Below, piece by piece: positions 1 to 8,319 of a stretch of 32,000 nt of DNA. Under the pieces are notes generated by a model, which was not told the origin of the DNA, made no database searches, and worked only from the letters and a program-made list of their open reading frames with translations. Position 1 is the stretch's first letter. Each line of letters begins with the position of its first letter. Origin of the DNA: Planctopirus limnophila DSM 3776. Its GTDB lineage: Bacteria > Planctomycetota > Planctomycetia > Planctomycetales > Planctomycetaceae. The DNA lies in the NCBI RefSeq assembly GCF_000092105.1, contig NC_014148.1, positions 2,190,001 through 2,222,000 on the forward strand, written 5' to 3'. A program made the position numbers and the translations under genes.

Positions 1-547
1 TCTCAATCGTCGGAATGTCGGGCGACAACGACAACACCATTGGTAGGACTTTCCGACAAGCCTGTCTCAGTAGCAACAAAGAACCGGCACGGAGACACTC
101 TCAGATCACATGAATCACCAAGGATTCATCGGCCAGCCAACCATACTTCATCCACATCTGCATCGACTGCTTCGGTGAACTTTCAGTCTCCACGCGAATC
201 AATTTGAATAACTTCAGTGAAAACACTCGCTGTTTTGGGGGGGATATTCACTGAATGTCGCTTCCCAGTATCCAGTCATCACTTCACCGCTCTGGGACTG
301 AAAATGCTTCACGCTGACTTCGGTGCAATTTCCGGATAAATCATTGATTCGGTTCTGGATCAATTCATCGTGGAATTGAAGAGGAAAAACGCTCAAAACT
401 CTTTGAATCTCAAGACGCCTGACGAGGGAAGCGAAGGAAAACTTATCACGAATCGTCAACGAACGACCTGTTCATCGAGTGTATTGCCCATGGTTCTCCG
501 TTACGATTTGAAACAGTCATTTCACTGCAACTGGCAAAGGAAACCTT

Positions 548-1564
548 GTGGCCACAGAAAAACGAGACTTTGACGATTTTCTGGAGAAGTTCCGCAAACA
601 CCGTGAACTGATGCAGGAAGAACTCAGCAAGATCATCGTTGGTCAAAAGCCTGTTATTGAGCAGATTCTCGGAGCTATCTTCACTGGTGGGCATTGCCTC
701 CTGGAAGGTGTGCCTGGTCTTGCCAAAACTCTCACAGTTGCCACGATCGCTCAGATTCTGGATGTCCACTTCAAACGCGTGCAGTTCACTCCCGATCTCA
801 TGCCTTCGGATATCACGGGTACGAACGTCCTTGACGAAAACGAAAGCGGCCGACGCGAGTTCCGTTTTGTCGAAGGCCCGGTCTTCACGAACGTCTTACT
901 GGCCGACGAAATCAATCGTACGCCACCGAAAACACAGGCAGCACTTTTGCAGGCAATGCAGGAACGTGAGGTGACTGTCGGTCAAACCACCTACCGTCTG
1001 CCAGAGCCTTTCTTTGTCATCGCCACTCAGAATCCCATTGAGCAGGAAGGAACTTACCCACTCCCTGAGGCACAACTTGACCGCTTCATGTTCAACGTCG
1101 TCGTTGACTATCCCAATCTCTCGGAAGAAGAGGAAATTCTGACCGCGACCACACGCGGCGAACGACCGGAGATCCGTAAAGTCCTTTCAGCCAAGTCGAT
1201 TCTGTTCCTGCAAAAGCAGGTGAGCATGGTCGAAATTGGCCCGCTCACCGTGAACTATGTGGCCCGGTTAGTTCGCGCCACCAGACCGCGCGATGATTCG
1301 GCACCGAAGTTCATCCGCGACCTGGTCGATTGGGGAGCAGGGCCCAGAGCCGGGCAATTCCTGATTGCCGGGGCCAAAGCCATGGCGGCGATGGATGGTC
1401 GCCCGAGCGTCGCCATTGAAGATATTCATCGCGTGGCCATTCCTGTTCTCAGGCATCGCATTTCCACCAACTTCCAGGCCCAGGCTGAAGGACTCTCACG
1501 TGAAGCGATTATTGCCCGATTGCTCGATGCCGTCCCTGAGCCATCGATTAAGAAATACTCCTGA
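548..1564 (+). CDS. MoxR-family AAA+ ATPase (338 aa, GTG start)
   Basis: Translation carries Walker A GVPGLAKT and Walker B LLADEINR. It also has the MoxR-typical block FFVIATQNPIEQEGTYPLPEAQLDRF. A DUF58 gene follows directly, which is the usual pairing. Confidence 0.93.
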   Translation: MATEKRDFDDFLEKFRKHRELMQEELSKIIVGQKPVIEQILGAIFTGGHCLLEGVPGLAKTLTVATIAQILDVHFKRVQFTPDLMPSDITGTNVLDENESGRREFRFVEGPVFTNVLLADEINRTPPKTQAALLQAMQEREVTVGQTTYRLPEPFFVIATQNPIEQEGTYPLPEAQLDRFMFNVVVDYPNLSEEEEILTATTRGERPEIRKVLSAKSILFLQKQVSMVEIGPLTVNYVARLVRATRPRDDSAPKFIRDLVDWGAGPRAGQFLIAGAKAMAAMDGRPSVAIEDIHRVAIPVLRHRISTNFQAQAEGLSREAIIARLLDAVPEPSIKKYS

Positions 1565-1634
1565 TTGTTTCTCTGCAGAGACCAGATAGAAGGCCATGAT
1601 CGACTGTTGAAACTGACCAGGTCGGAATACTGTC

Positions 1635-2534
1635 ATGCCCAACTCAGCCGAGCAGTATTTGAATCCCGAAGTGATTCGCAACGTTTCACGTCTGGATCTC
1701 CGCGCGCGTTTCATTGTCGAAGGATTTTTACAGGGGCTTCATGCCAGTCCTTTCCATGGTTTTAGCGTCGAATTCAGCGAACATCGCCGATACTCCCAGG
1801 GCGACGACCCCAAAGATATCGACTGGCTCGTCTACGCGAAAACAGACCGATACTTCGTCAAGAAATTTGAAGCCGAAACAAACATCTCTGGCATGCTGCT
1901 GATGGATCTCTCCGCCAGCATGGGCTACACCTTCCGGCAACAACTCAACAAGTTCGAGTATTCAATCTGTCTCGCTGCGGCACTCGCCTACCTGATGATT
2001 CATCAGCAGGATCCTGTCGGACTGATGACGTTCGACACCAACATTAATGCTTCCTTGCCACCTCGGAGCCGACGCTCCCAACTGGCTGAACTGCTGGGTC
2101 TCCTTTCGCGATTAAGCCCGACGGGAACAACCGATTTCGGCACATCCATGAAGCGTGCAGCAGGGATGCTGAGGCACCGCCATCTGATGATGATCTTTTC
2201 TGATCTTCTGTCTGATCCTGATCAGATTCTGGAAGGACTTCGATACTTAAAGCATGGTGGTCACGACGTGATCCTGTTTCACGTTCTCGATGAAGCTGAA
2301 GTCACGTTTCCCTTCCAGGGGGCATCGATGATGATTGACCCCGAGAGTGATGAGTCTTTGATTGTTGACGCCTTAGGGACAAGACCTGCTTATCTCGAAG
2401 CACTCAAAACCTGGAGGAAAACTCTCGCTGCCGATGCTCTCAAGCTCGGCATCGATTACGTTCCTCTGGATACCAGTCTGCCATTTGATCGAGCCCTTGT
2501 GGAATACCTCTCGCAGCGCCGGGCGAGAGGTTAA
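1635..2534 (+). CDS. DUF58 / vWA-like protein, the usual MoxR partner (299 aa)
   Basis: N-terminal DUF58-type block GxHxSxxxGxSxEFxEHRxYxxGDDxRxIDW is present (GLHASPFHGFSVEFSEHRRYSQGDDPKDIDW). A MIDAS-like DxSxS motif occurs in LLMDLSASMGY. The gene starts 70 nt downstream of moxR on the same strand. Confidence 0.88.
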   Translation: MPNSAEQYLNPEVIRNVSRLDLRARFIVEGFLQGLHASPFHGFSVEFSEHRRYSQGDDPKDIDWLVYAKTDRYFVKKFEAETNISGMLLMDLSASMGYTFRQQLNKFEYSICLAAALAYLMIHQQDPVGLMTFDTNINASLPPRSRRSQLAELLGLLSRLSPTGTTDFGTSMKRAAGMLRHRHLMMIFSDLLSDPDQILEGLRYLKHGGHDVILFHVLDEAEVTFPFQGASMMIDPESDESLIVDALGTRPAYLEALKTWRKTLAADALKLGIDYVPLDTSLPFDRALVEYLSQRRARG

Positions 2535-2577
2535 CTTTCCATATCGAACCTGCAGCGGCTGCTGAAAGTTTTATGCA

Positions 2578-3828
2578 ATGCGAAATGTACTTGCCCTGAT
2601 ACTTGCGGGTGGTAAAGGAACACGCCTTGAACCTTTAACCCGCGATCGCGCAAAACCAGCTGTCCCGTTTGGGGGAGTTTATCGCATTATCGATTTCGCA
2701 CTTTCCAATTGCATCAACAGTGGGCTGCGAAAAATGCTCATCATGACGCAATACAAAGCCGCCAGCCTTGACCGACATATCAATCTGGGATGGCGATTCT
2801 TATGCCGTGAACTGGATGAATTTATCGACATTCTTCCTCCACAGCAGCGCATTGATGAAAGCTGGTATCAGGGGACTGCCGACGCGGTCTATCAGAATAT
2901 CTATTCGATAGAAAAAGCCAGAGCCGATTATATACTGATTCTGGCGGGTGACCACATCTACAAAATGGATTACTCGCAATTAATTGCAGACCATATCGTC
3001 TCAGGTGCCAAGCTGACAATTGCCTGCATCCCGGCCACTCTGGAAGAAGGAAAGCAGTTCGGCGTCATGCAGGTCGATGCCAATCGCCGGGTCATTGAAT
3101 TCGCCGAAAAGCCTTCTCATCCAAAATGCATGCCCGATGATTCCACTCGTTGCCTGGCTTCGATGGGCATTTACGTTTTCAATGCTCAATTTCTGTATGA
3201 TGAACTTTGCCGTGATGCGACCGAACCCGATAGCCATCGCGATTTTGGAAAAGATATCATCCCGGGTGCCATACGCGATCATCTGGTCAGAGCGTGGCCA
3301 TTTCGCGATAAAAACACTGGCAAATCGCTCTACTGGCGCGATGTGGGGACACTCGACGCCTTTTACGAAGCCAATATGGATCTGGTGGCCGTCGATCCCG
3401 AGTTGAATCTGTATGATCGCAACTGGCCAATGCGGACTTATCAACCGCAATTACCGCCGCCCAAGTTTGTCTTTGCCGATGAATCAACGACACCCGCACG
3501 GATCGGACAGGCCCGCGACAGCATGATCAGTACGGGTTGCATCATCTCCGGCGGTTCAGTCACACGATCTGTACTATCACCTCGAGTGCGTGTGAACAGT
3601 TACGCGACTGTCGAGGATTCGATTCTTTTCGAAGGCGTTGAAGTGGGGAGACATTGCCGGATTCGCAAAGCGATCATCGACAAGGGAGTCAAAATCCCTG
3701 AGGGAGTCGAGATTGGCTTCGACGCTGCAGCTGATCGAGAACGAGGTTTTACTGTGACAGATTCCGGAGTCTGTGTTCTCGGAATGGGCTACGACTCATT
3801 ACTCGTCCAGGACTGGTCGATCGACTGA
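2578..3828 (+). CDS. glgC: Glucose-1-phosphate adenylyltransferase (416 aa)
   Basis: N-terminus LILAGGKGTRLEPLTRDRAKPAVPFGGVYRIIDFALSNCINSG is the GlgC signature. WYQGTADAV and a C-terminal left-handed beta-helix-type region are also present. Confidence 0.93.
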   Translation: MRNVLALILAGGKGTRLEPLTRDRAKPAVPFGGVYRIIDFALSNCINSGLRKMLIMTQYKAASLDRHINLGWRFLCRELDEFIDILPPQQRIDESWYQGTADAVYQNIYSIEKARADYILILAGDHIYKMDYSQLIADHIVSGAKLTIACIPATLEEGKQFGVMQVDANRRVIEFAEKPSHPKCMPDDSTRCLASMGIYVFNAQFLYDELCRDATEPDSHRDFGKDIIPGAIRDHLVRAWPFRDKNTGKSLYWRDVGTLDAFYEANMDLVAVDPELNLYDRNWPMRTYQPQLPPPKFVFADESTTPARIGQARDSMISTGCIISGGSVTRSVLSPRVRVNSYATVEDSILFEGVEVGRHCRIRKAIIDKGVKIPEGVEIGFDAAADRERGFTVTDSGVCVLGMGYDSLLVQDWSID

Positions 3829-3911
3829 CTTTTAGGTCATCGTTCGTGGATTTCAACGATTTCAACCTGCGATCACTGGCCCGAAAGCAATCAATACGCC
3901 GCGTGATCAAA

Positions 3912-4412
3912 TTACGTCCACATAGAAAACCCTGAACCCGGAAGTTCATCCCCATGGTCGATTGTATGCCGCCCTGTGGGTTGCTGAGAATTGGAACGGT
4001 TCACTCGCAAGTGATTTGGCTGAGGAATTCCGCCAGCATTGGCAGCTGCCAGCTTTTCACCCAGAAGTTGCCAGGTTTCCTGATGAATCATCAGAATTCG
4101 TAAGCCATTGGCCGCATGGTCCGGGCTCCGCTCGACATCGGCCATCACCAATTGCTTATAGCAGAAGGCAAACAAAGCCTGCTGCCTCGATGCCAGATCC
4201 GGAGCAGCTTCCTCGCGGACACCATTCATTAACTCGGCCACGCAAGCTCTCGCTTTGGCCAGAGCCTCCAGCACGTCATCAAAGTCAGCCGTATTCCACT
4301 GTTCAACAGCAAAACGAGCATTCCGGACGGCAGCATCCACCACCATCTTGTGCAACTGGTACGGGGAAGCTGTCTCAATACTGGCCAGAAAGTATTCGTT
4401 CGGAGAAGTCAC
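3912..4412 (-). CDS. fliS: Flagellar export chaperone FliS with a C-terminal extension of about 45 aa
   Basis: NEYFLASIETASPYQLHKMVVDAAVRNARFA matches the FliS N-terminal helix (Y..NSVxTAxPxQL). The gene lies immediately downstream of fliD, the classical order. The longest ORF reaches 4502. I prefer the in-frame GTG at 4412, which is preceded by AGGA about 7 nt upstream and gives the normal 6-7 residues before the conserved Tyr. The start remains uncertain. Confidence 0.75.
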   Translation of the reverse strand: MTSPNEYFLASIETASPYQLHKMVVDAAVRNARFAVEQWNTADFDDVLEALAKARACVAELMNGVREEAAPDLASRQQALFAFCYKQLVMADVERSPDHAANGLRILMIHQETWQLLGEKLAAANAGGIPQPNHLRVNRSNSQQPTGRHTIDHGDELPGSGFSMWT

Positions 4413-4695
4413 GGGAGATTCCTGAAGATGAAAACCGCAACGAAACCAGGCATCCAGAAAGTCCAGTGATGACATGAGGCACATCAAAGGCCTGACTGAC
4501 AAGACACGAACAGAAATCGCATCGACCGCAAGCTTGAGCTCACGTTGAAAATTTCCGTGGACTGCTTCTCTCTGCCACGATCGGAATAGCTTCTACGAAC
4601 GGAAAAATGAATCGACTGAAACACATATCGATGAACGACCATCCGGATGAGAAGCGACTCATACAGATGCAGGAAAACCCTTCAAACACGATTCA

Positions 4696-7434
4696 TCAAT
4701 TTGATTTGCTGTTATTAAACTGCGTCAGGAAGGACGTTAGAGCGTTCCCCTGGCTTTGCAGAGAATTGATCACCGTCTCAAGCTGAGTAAATTGCAACGT
4801 TAATCGTGTCCGGCGAAGAGCCAGCCGATCATCGATTCGCTTGACCTGCCCCGTGATGCTCGTGTCGGTCGCTTCCAACGATTTCGAAGTCGTGGTCAGC
4901 GAGCCATCGATGGAATCTGTCATCGATTTGGCCAGATTGTCCAGTTGTTTGCCAACACCGGTTCCATCCGTGGTAAAGAAAGCCGCGACACTCTCAGGCG
5001 ATGCAGCCAGTGCGTCATTCAGCTTGGCCGTATCAATCTGCAATTGCCCGCCCGTCGTGACAGTCACACCCAGATCACCCAATGATCGAATATCTCCCGT
5101 CGCACCAGAGTTTCGATAATTGACGATACTGCTCAAACTTTCCTGCACACGCAGTACAGAGGCTTCACCTTGCAAAATGGCCCGCGTGTTGGTGGCCGTA
5201 TTGAAAGCTGTTAACGTGCTGATTGTCGAAAGGACTGTGTTATACGAGGTGACAAAATCGCTCACAATCTGGCTCGTGGCGGCATTGTTTCGCGAGATGG
5301 TGACGTTCGTCGGGCTGGCCCCGACCGCCTTGATCGAGACATCCACGGCAGTCGCGACGTTGTTAAAGCTGTTGAAGGGCGAAGTCAAAAAGTAGGCACT
5401 GGCAGCTGAATTCCCGACGCGTAGAACGGCATCACTCCCATTTGCGGGATCCGTGACTCCCAGCACGTTATTGGGATCTTCGATCAAGAAACTGCCTCGA
5501 GAACCACTGGCGGTGGCACTGAACGAGATTTTGACAGGACTGACGAGTGAACCCGTATTGATTGCAGTCGCCCGGACTCGCCCTCCCAAAGCGTTCAGCT
5601 TCGAAATCACATTGTTCACAGTGTCCGTGGCTGCGACATCAATCGTGAGTACGCGTCGTCCATCAATCGCCTGTTTCCCATCACTGCCAACCACTCCACT
5701 CCCCAGCAGATTGAGTTCTGTCGCGGTTTTTCCTGAGATCTCCGCTACGGAAAGGGTGCCACTTCCTGCAGCCTGATCAACAAGTTCAATCCCGTCGCCA
5801 GATCGACTGAGTTGGGCTGTCACTTGCCCGCCAGTGGCCTGATTGATGGCCGAGAGCACATCACCCACAGTTTTGGTGGTGGAACTGACTGTTACGATGA
5901 ACTGACCACCTGAGGAATCGGTGATCCGAAATGATCCCGTCGGGACCGAGACTCCCGCCGTCGAATAAGTGGAAAGGCCCGTCGCTTCGTTAATGCTTCT
6001 CAGCTTCAAAGAACCTGAAGCAATCGATGTCGTCGTCGTCGAGCCAGCAATTTTAAGATCAGCGGCCGTCGTCCCACCACCCACATCGGTCACAACCAGT
6101 GGCGACGCCGAACTTCCCGACGTATCCACCAGAAGAATACCAGTTCCAGAACTATCGACGCTGGCAGTGACAGCTAAAGGATTCCCGCCGCTGTCAGTCG
6201 CACTGTTAATCGCCAGCAGCACGTCCTCCAATGTCTCTGCTGACGACAGGTTAATCTGTGCGGTTTTTCCCGTGCGATCTGTGACTTCAATGGTGCCTTG
6301 GGCCGTGATCCCTGTGCCGCCATTCAAGTTTTTCAACAGAACAGTTCCCAGGCCGGCTGCCAGACGGCTGCCCGTCAATGTCCCTCCGGCAGGTGTGGTT
6401 TTTAATCCCAGCACATCCTTCGCATTCGACGAATTCAAATTCGCAACAGCCAGTGTCCCTGCGCCCGTCGTCTGATCAGCGAGAACAAGTCGACCATTCA
6501 CCAGCGAAGCAGAGATCTTTCCCGCATTATCCGCATCATCATTGATCCGAGTCAGTACATCACCAATCGTTAATGCACCATCGAGATTGACATCGACCTG
6601 GGATCCATCGGCAGTCGTGAATCTCAGGTCATCAAGACTGGCTTGCTGATAAAGGCCATTTCCGTCGTTAATCGTGCTTAGCAGAAAGTTTTCCGTCACT
6701 TCCAACAGATCATTACCGGTTAATGTCGAACCGCTGACTGTCGTCGCAATCCCCAACTGGCTGGCCGTTTTTCCGCCCGAGATATCGGCAATGGTCAGTG
6801 AACCTGAGCCTCCCGAGAGATCGGTGATGACCAGCCGATCCTGTTGAATCTTGGCGCTGATATTGATGCCACTGGCTTCATTCAGAGCACTGACAACATC
6901 TTCAATGGAAACAGCTTTCGATAGATCGACGGTTGCAGTGGTTCCGGTCCGGTCGGTAATACGGATGTTCCCTCTCTGAACTCCACTCCCTCCATTGAGC
7001 AGCTCCAACCGTGTGGTCGAGTTCAATCGCGCAGGATTCGAGATTTTAATCTGACCGGCTTTGCCGACAGTTTGTGTGTCGGCATTTGCAAAACCTCGGG
7101 AAGTCGTCTGGGCAAAACTTGCCTCTCGAATGGCCTGAAACTGATAACTTCCCACCTGTGCGCCAGATCTGGTAGTCACTGCCAGCTGATTGGGATCACC
7201 TACCGCCACGCTCGTCGTGCGAAAGGTCGATGCGGAAGCCAGCTTACTGGTGGCTGTCTGAAGATTCAGAATCGTCGCCGAAAGCTGCGTAAACGCCGCC
7301 TGCTTAGACTGAACATTCTTCAGTCTCGATTCCAGTCGAGCCGCGGGGGCACGTTCGGCATTGATGATCGCATCTGTCAACGCGGAATAATCAATACCAC
7401 TGATCAGTCCGGTTCCAGTGGAAATGCCAGTCAT
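4696..7434 (-). CDS. fliD: Flagellar filament cap protein FliD / HAP2, unusually long (912 aa from the preferred ATG)
   Basis: N-terminus MTGISTGTGLISGIDYSALTDAIINAERAPAARLESRLKNVQSKQAAF is FliD_N-like. C-terminus ...RIDDRLALRRTRLTLQFTQLETVINSLQSQGNALTSFL is FliD_C-like. The longest ORF starts at 7500 (TTG/ATG), but the ATG at 7434 reproduces the canonical FliD N-terminus. Confidence 0.88.
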   Translation of the reverse strand: MTGISTGTGLISGIDYSALTDAIINAERAPAARLESRLKNVQSKQAAFTQLSATILNLQTATSKLASASTFRTTSVAVGDPNQLAVTTRSGAQVGSYQFQAIREASFAQTTSRGFANADTQTVGKAGQIKISNPARLNSTTRLELLNGGSGVQRGNIRITDRTGTTATVDLSKAVSIEDVVSALNEASGINISAKIQQDRLVITDLSGGSGSLTIADISGGKTASQLGIATTVSGSTLTGNDLLEVTENFLLSTINDGNGLYQQASLDDLRFTTADGSQVDVNLDGALTIGDVLTRINDDADNAGKISASLVNGRLVLADQTTGAGTLAVANLNSSNAKDVLGLKTTPAGGTLTGSRLAAGLGTVLLKNLNGGTGITAQGTIEVTDRTGKTAQINLSSAETLEDVLLAINSATDSGGNPLAVTASVDSSGTGILLVDTSGSSASPLVVTDVGGGTTAADLKIAGSTTTTSIASGSLKLRSINEATGLSTYSTAGVSVPTGSFRITDSSGGQFIVTVSSTTKTVGDVLSAINQATGGQVTAQLSRSGDGIELVDQAAGSGTLSVAEISGKTATELNLLGSGVVGSDGKQAIDGRRVLTIDVAATDTVNNVISKLNALGGRVRATAINTGSLVSPVKISFSATASGSRGSFLIEDPNNVLGVTDPANGSDAVLRVGNSAASAYFLTSPFNSFNNVATAVDVSIKAVGASPTNVTISRNNAATSQIVSDFVTSYNTVLSTISTLTAFNTATNTRAILQGEASVLRVQESLSSIVNYRNSGATGDIRSLGDLGVTVTTGGQLQIDTAKLNDALAASPESVAAFFTTDGTGVGKQLDNLAKSMTDSIDGSLTTTSKSLEATDTSITGQVKRIDDRLALRRTRLTLQFTQLETVINSLQSQGNALTSFLTQFNNSKSN
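5455..7008 (-). repeat. Four full and one degenerate tandem protein-level repeats (about 90-105 aa each) inside FliD
   Basis: The recurring pattern is L..(L/I)N(G/D)G.G ... (I/F)(R/E)(I/V)TD(R/S).G......(V/I)(D/N)L(S/D).A.(S/T)(I/L)(E/G)DV(V/L).A(L/I)N.A ... L(V/L).D..G(G/A)G.L.(I/V)A(D/E)(I/L)(S/N). It is seen at ORF residues about 165-251, 274-366, 389-484, 500-600 and, degenerate, 612-682. Confidence 0.7.
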
Positions 7435-8319
7435 GACAGAATCACCACGTGACTGAAAACTGATCAGAACCTGAGACTCGAATTTCCGGCTCGTCATCAA
7501 CCCGTCGAATGAACATCAGGCCCTATCAAAGCCACTTTGTATCAGTCTTAACGAGGATTCCGCAGGAGTCTCTTCTCGATTGATCGGACAGGTCATCCAT
7601 TTCTCATCATGGAAAGTCCACCGTTCCTGTCCTTAATAGCACACGGCTCACTTCAGTTTAACGATTATGACTGAGATGCCGATTACCAGCCGTTTGACAG
7701 GAGGCCTGACCAGCCGAATTCCAGAACCTGCTTCGTCGAGAATGTTGGGCCATCGCGTCGGCGGTCACGGCGCTCAGATGTCAGGAAAATCAGACCGACA
7801 AGAAAAAAATGCACAATTGACCAGAACAAAGTCTACGGCGGGACTGGAAATCAACATCAAAACGGCCTGTACAAAAGAGTTCTCTCTTGACGATTTCATC
7901 CTCACATGGTTTTAATAAGCAGTGGTTGAACTGTTGTCAGAAGTACCGGCTGGGGTCTGCCGTAAGGCGGATTCGGGAAACTGGCGGCAACATTCTGTCT
8001 GACATCCACGAGCAATTGTGTGTTATCGGGCAGATTTATGGTGTGTTTGGCAATTCTGACGGTGGGGACCGAAGGAATGGCCAGCTTTCTGATTTGCTAC
8101 AAAGTCGCCAGTGTCATTGAGTTTTTGGCGAAAATTGGTCGATAAACCAATGCCCGAACTCTCTGACAAAGGCTTGTGCATCACTTTGCAACTGGATTTG
8201 CAACGTGGTGAACATGTGGCATTTCGAAGTGCCGGAAGGTTTTTTCTGTCTTTGATGGACAAGACTCACGGCGAATCGAGCTGCAGTGGAACAGCCGCTC
8301 GATCCTGAGGGCTGCTACG

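Noticed and set aside
214-459. 81-aa minus-strand ORF in the 547-nt region upstream of moxR. A Ser/Thr-rich frame is also open from the left edge to a stop at 205-207
   Set aside because: I see no recognisable motif, no clear ribosome-binding site and a competing overlapping ORF (370-573, plus strand). I cannot support either as a gene from sequence alone. The left-edge frame could be the tail of an upstream gene, but that is untestable here.
3839-3860. Weak hairpin (atcgtt...aacgat) after glgC as a terminator
   Set aside because: The stem is only 6 bp and AT-rich, the loop is 10 nt, and there is no proper T-tract. It is too weak to call.
3962-4477. 171-aa plus-strand ORF opposite fliS. Similar antisense ORFs occur inside fliD (for example 5969-6475, 168 aa) and inside the CCP fusion gene (25163-25771, 202 aa)
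   Set aside because: All are antisense to genes with clear family signatures. Their translations are Pro/Arg/Ser-rich and motif-free.
7575-7615. Possible sigma-28 (FliA) promoter upstream of fliD. The minus strand reads TCCGATCA, resembling the GCCGATAA -10 element
   Set aside because: The -10-like element matches only 6 of 8 positions. The sequence 15 nt upstream is ATGA rather than TAAA, so there is no acceptable -35 at the required spacing. This is not enough to call.
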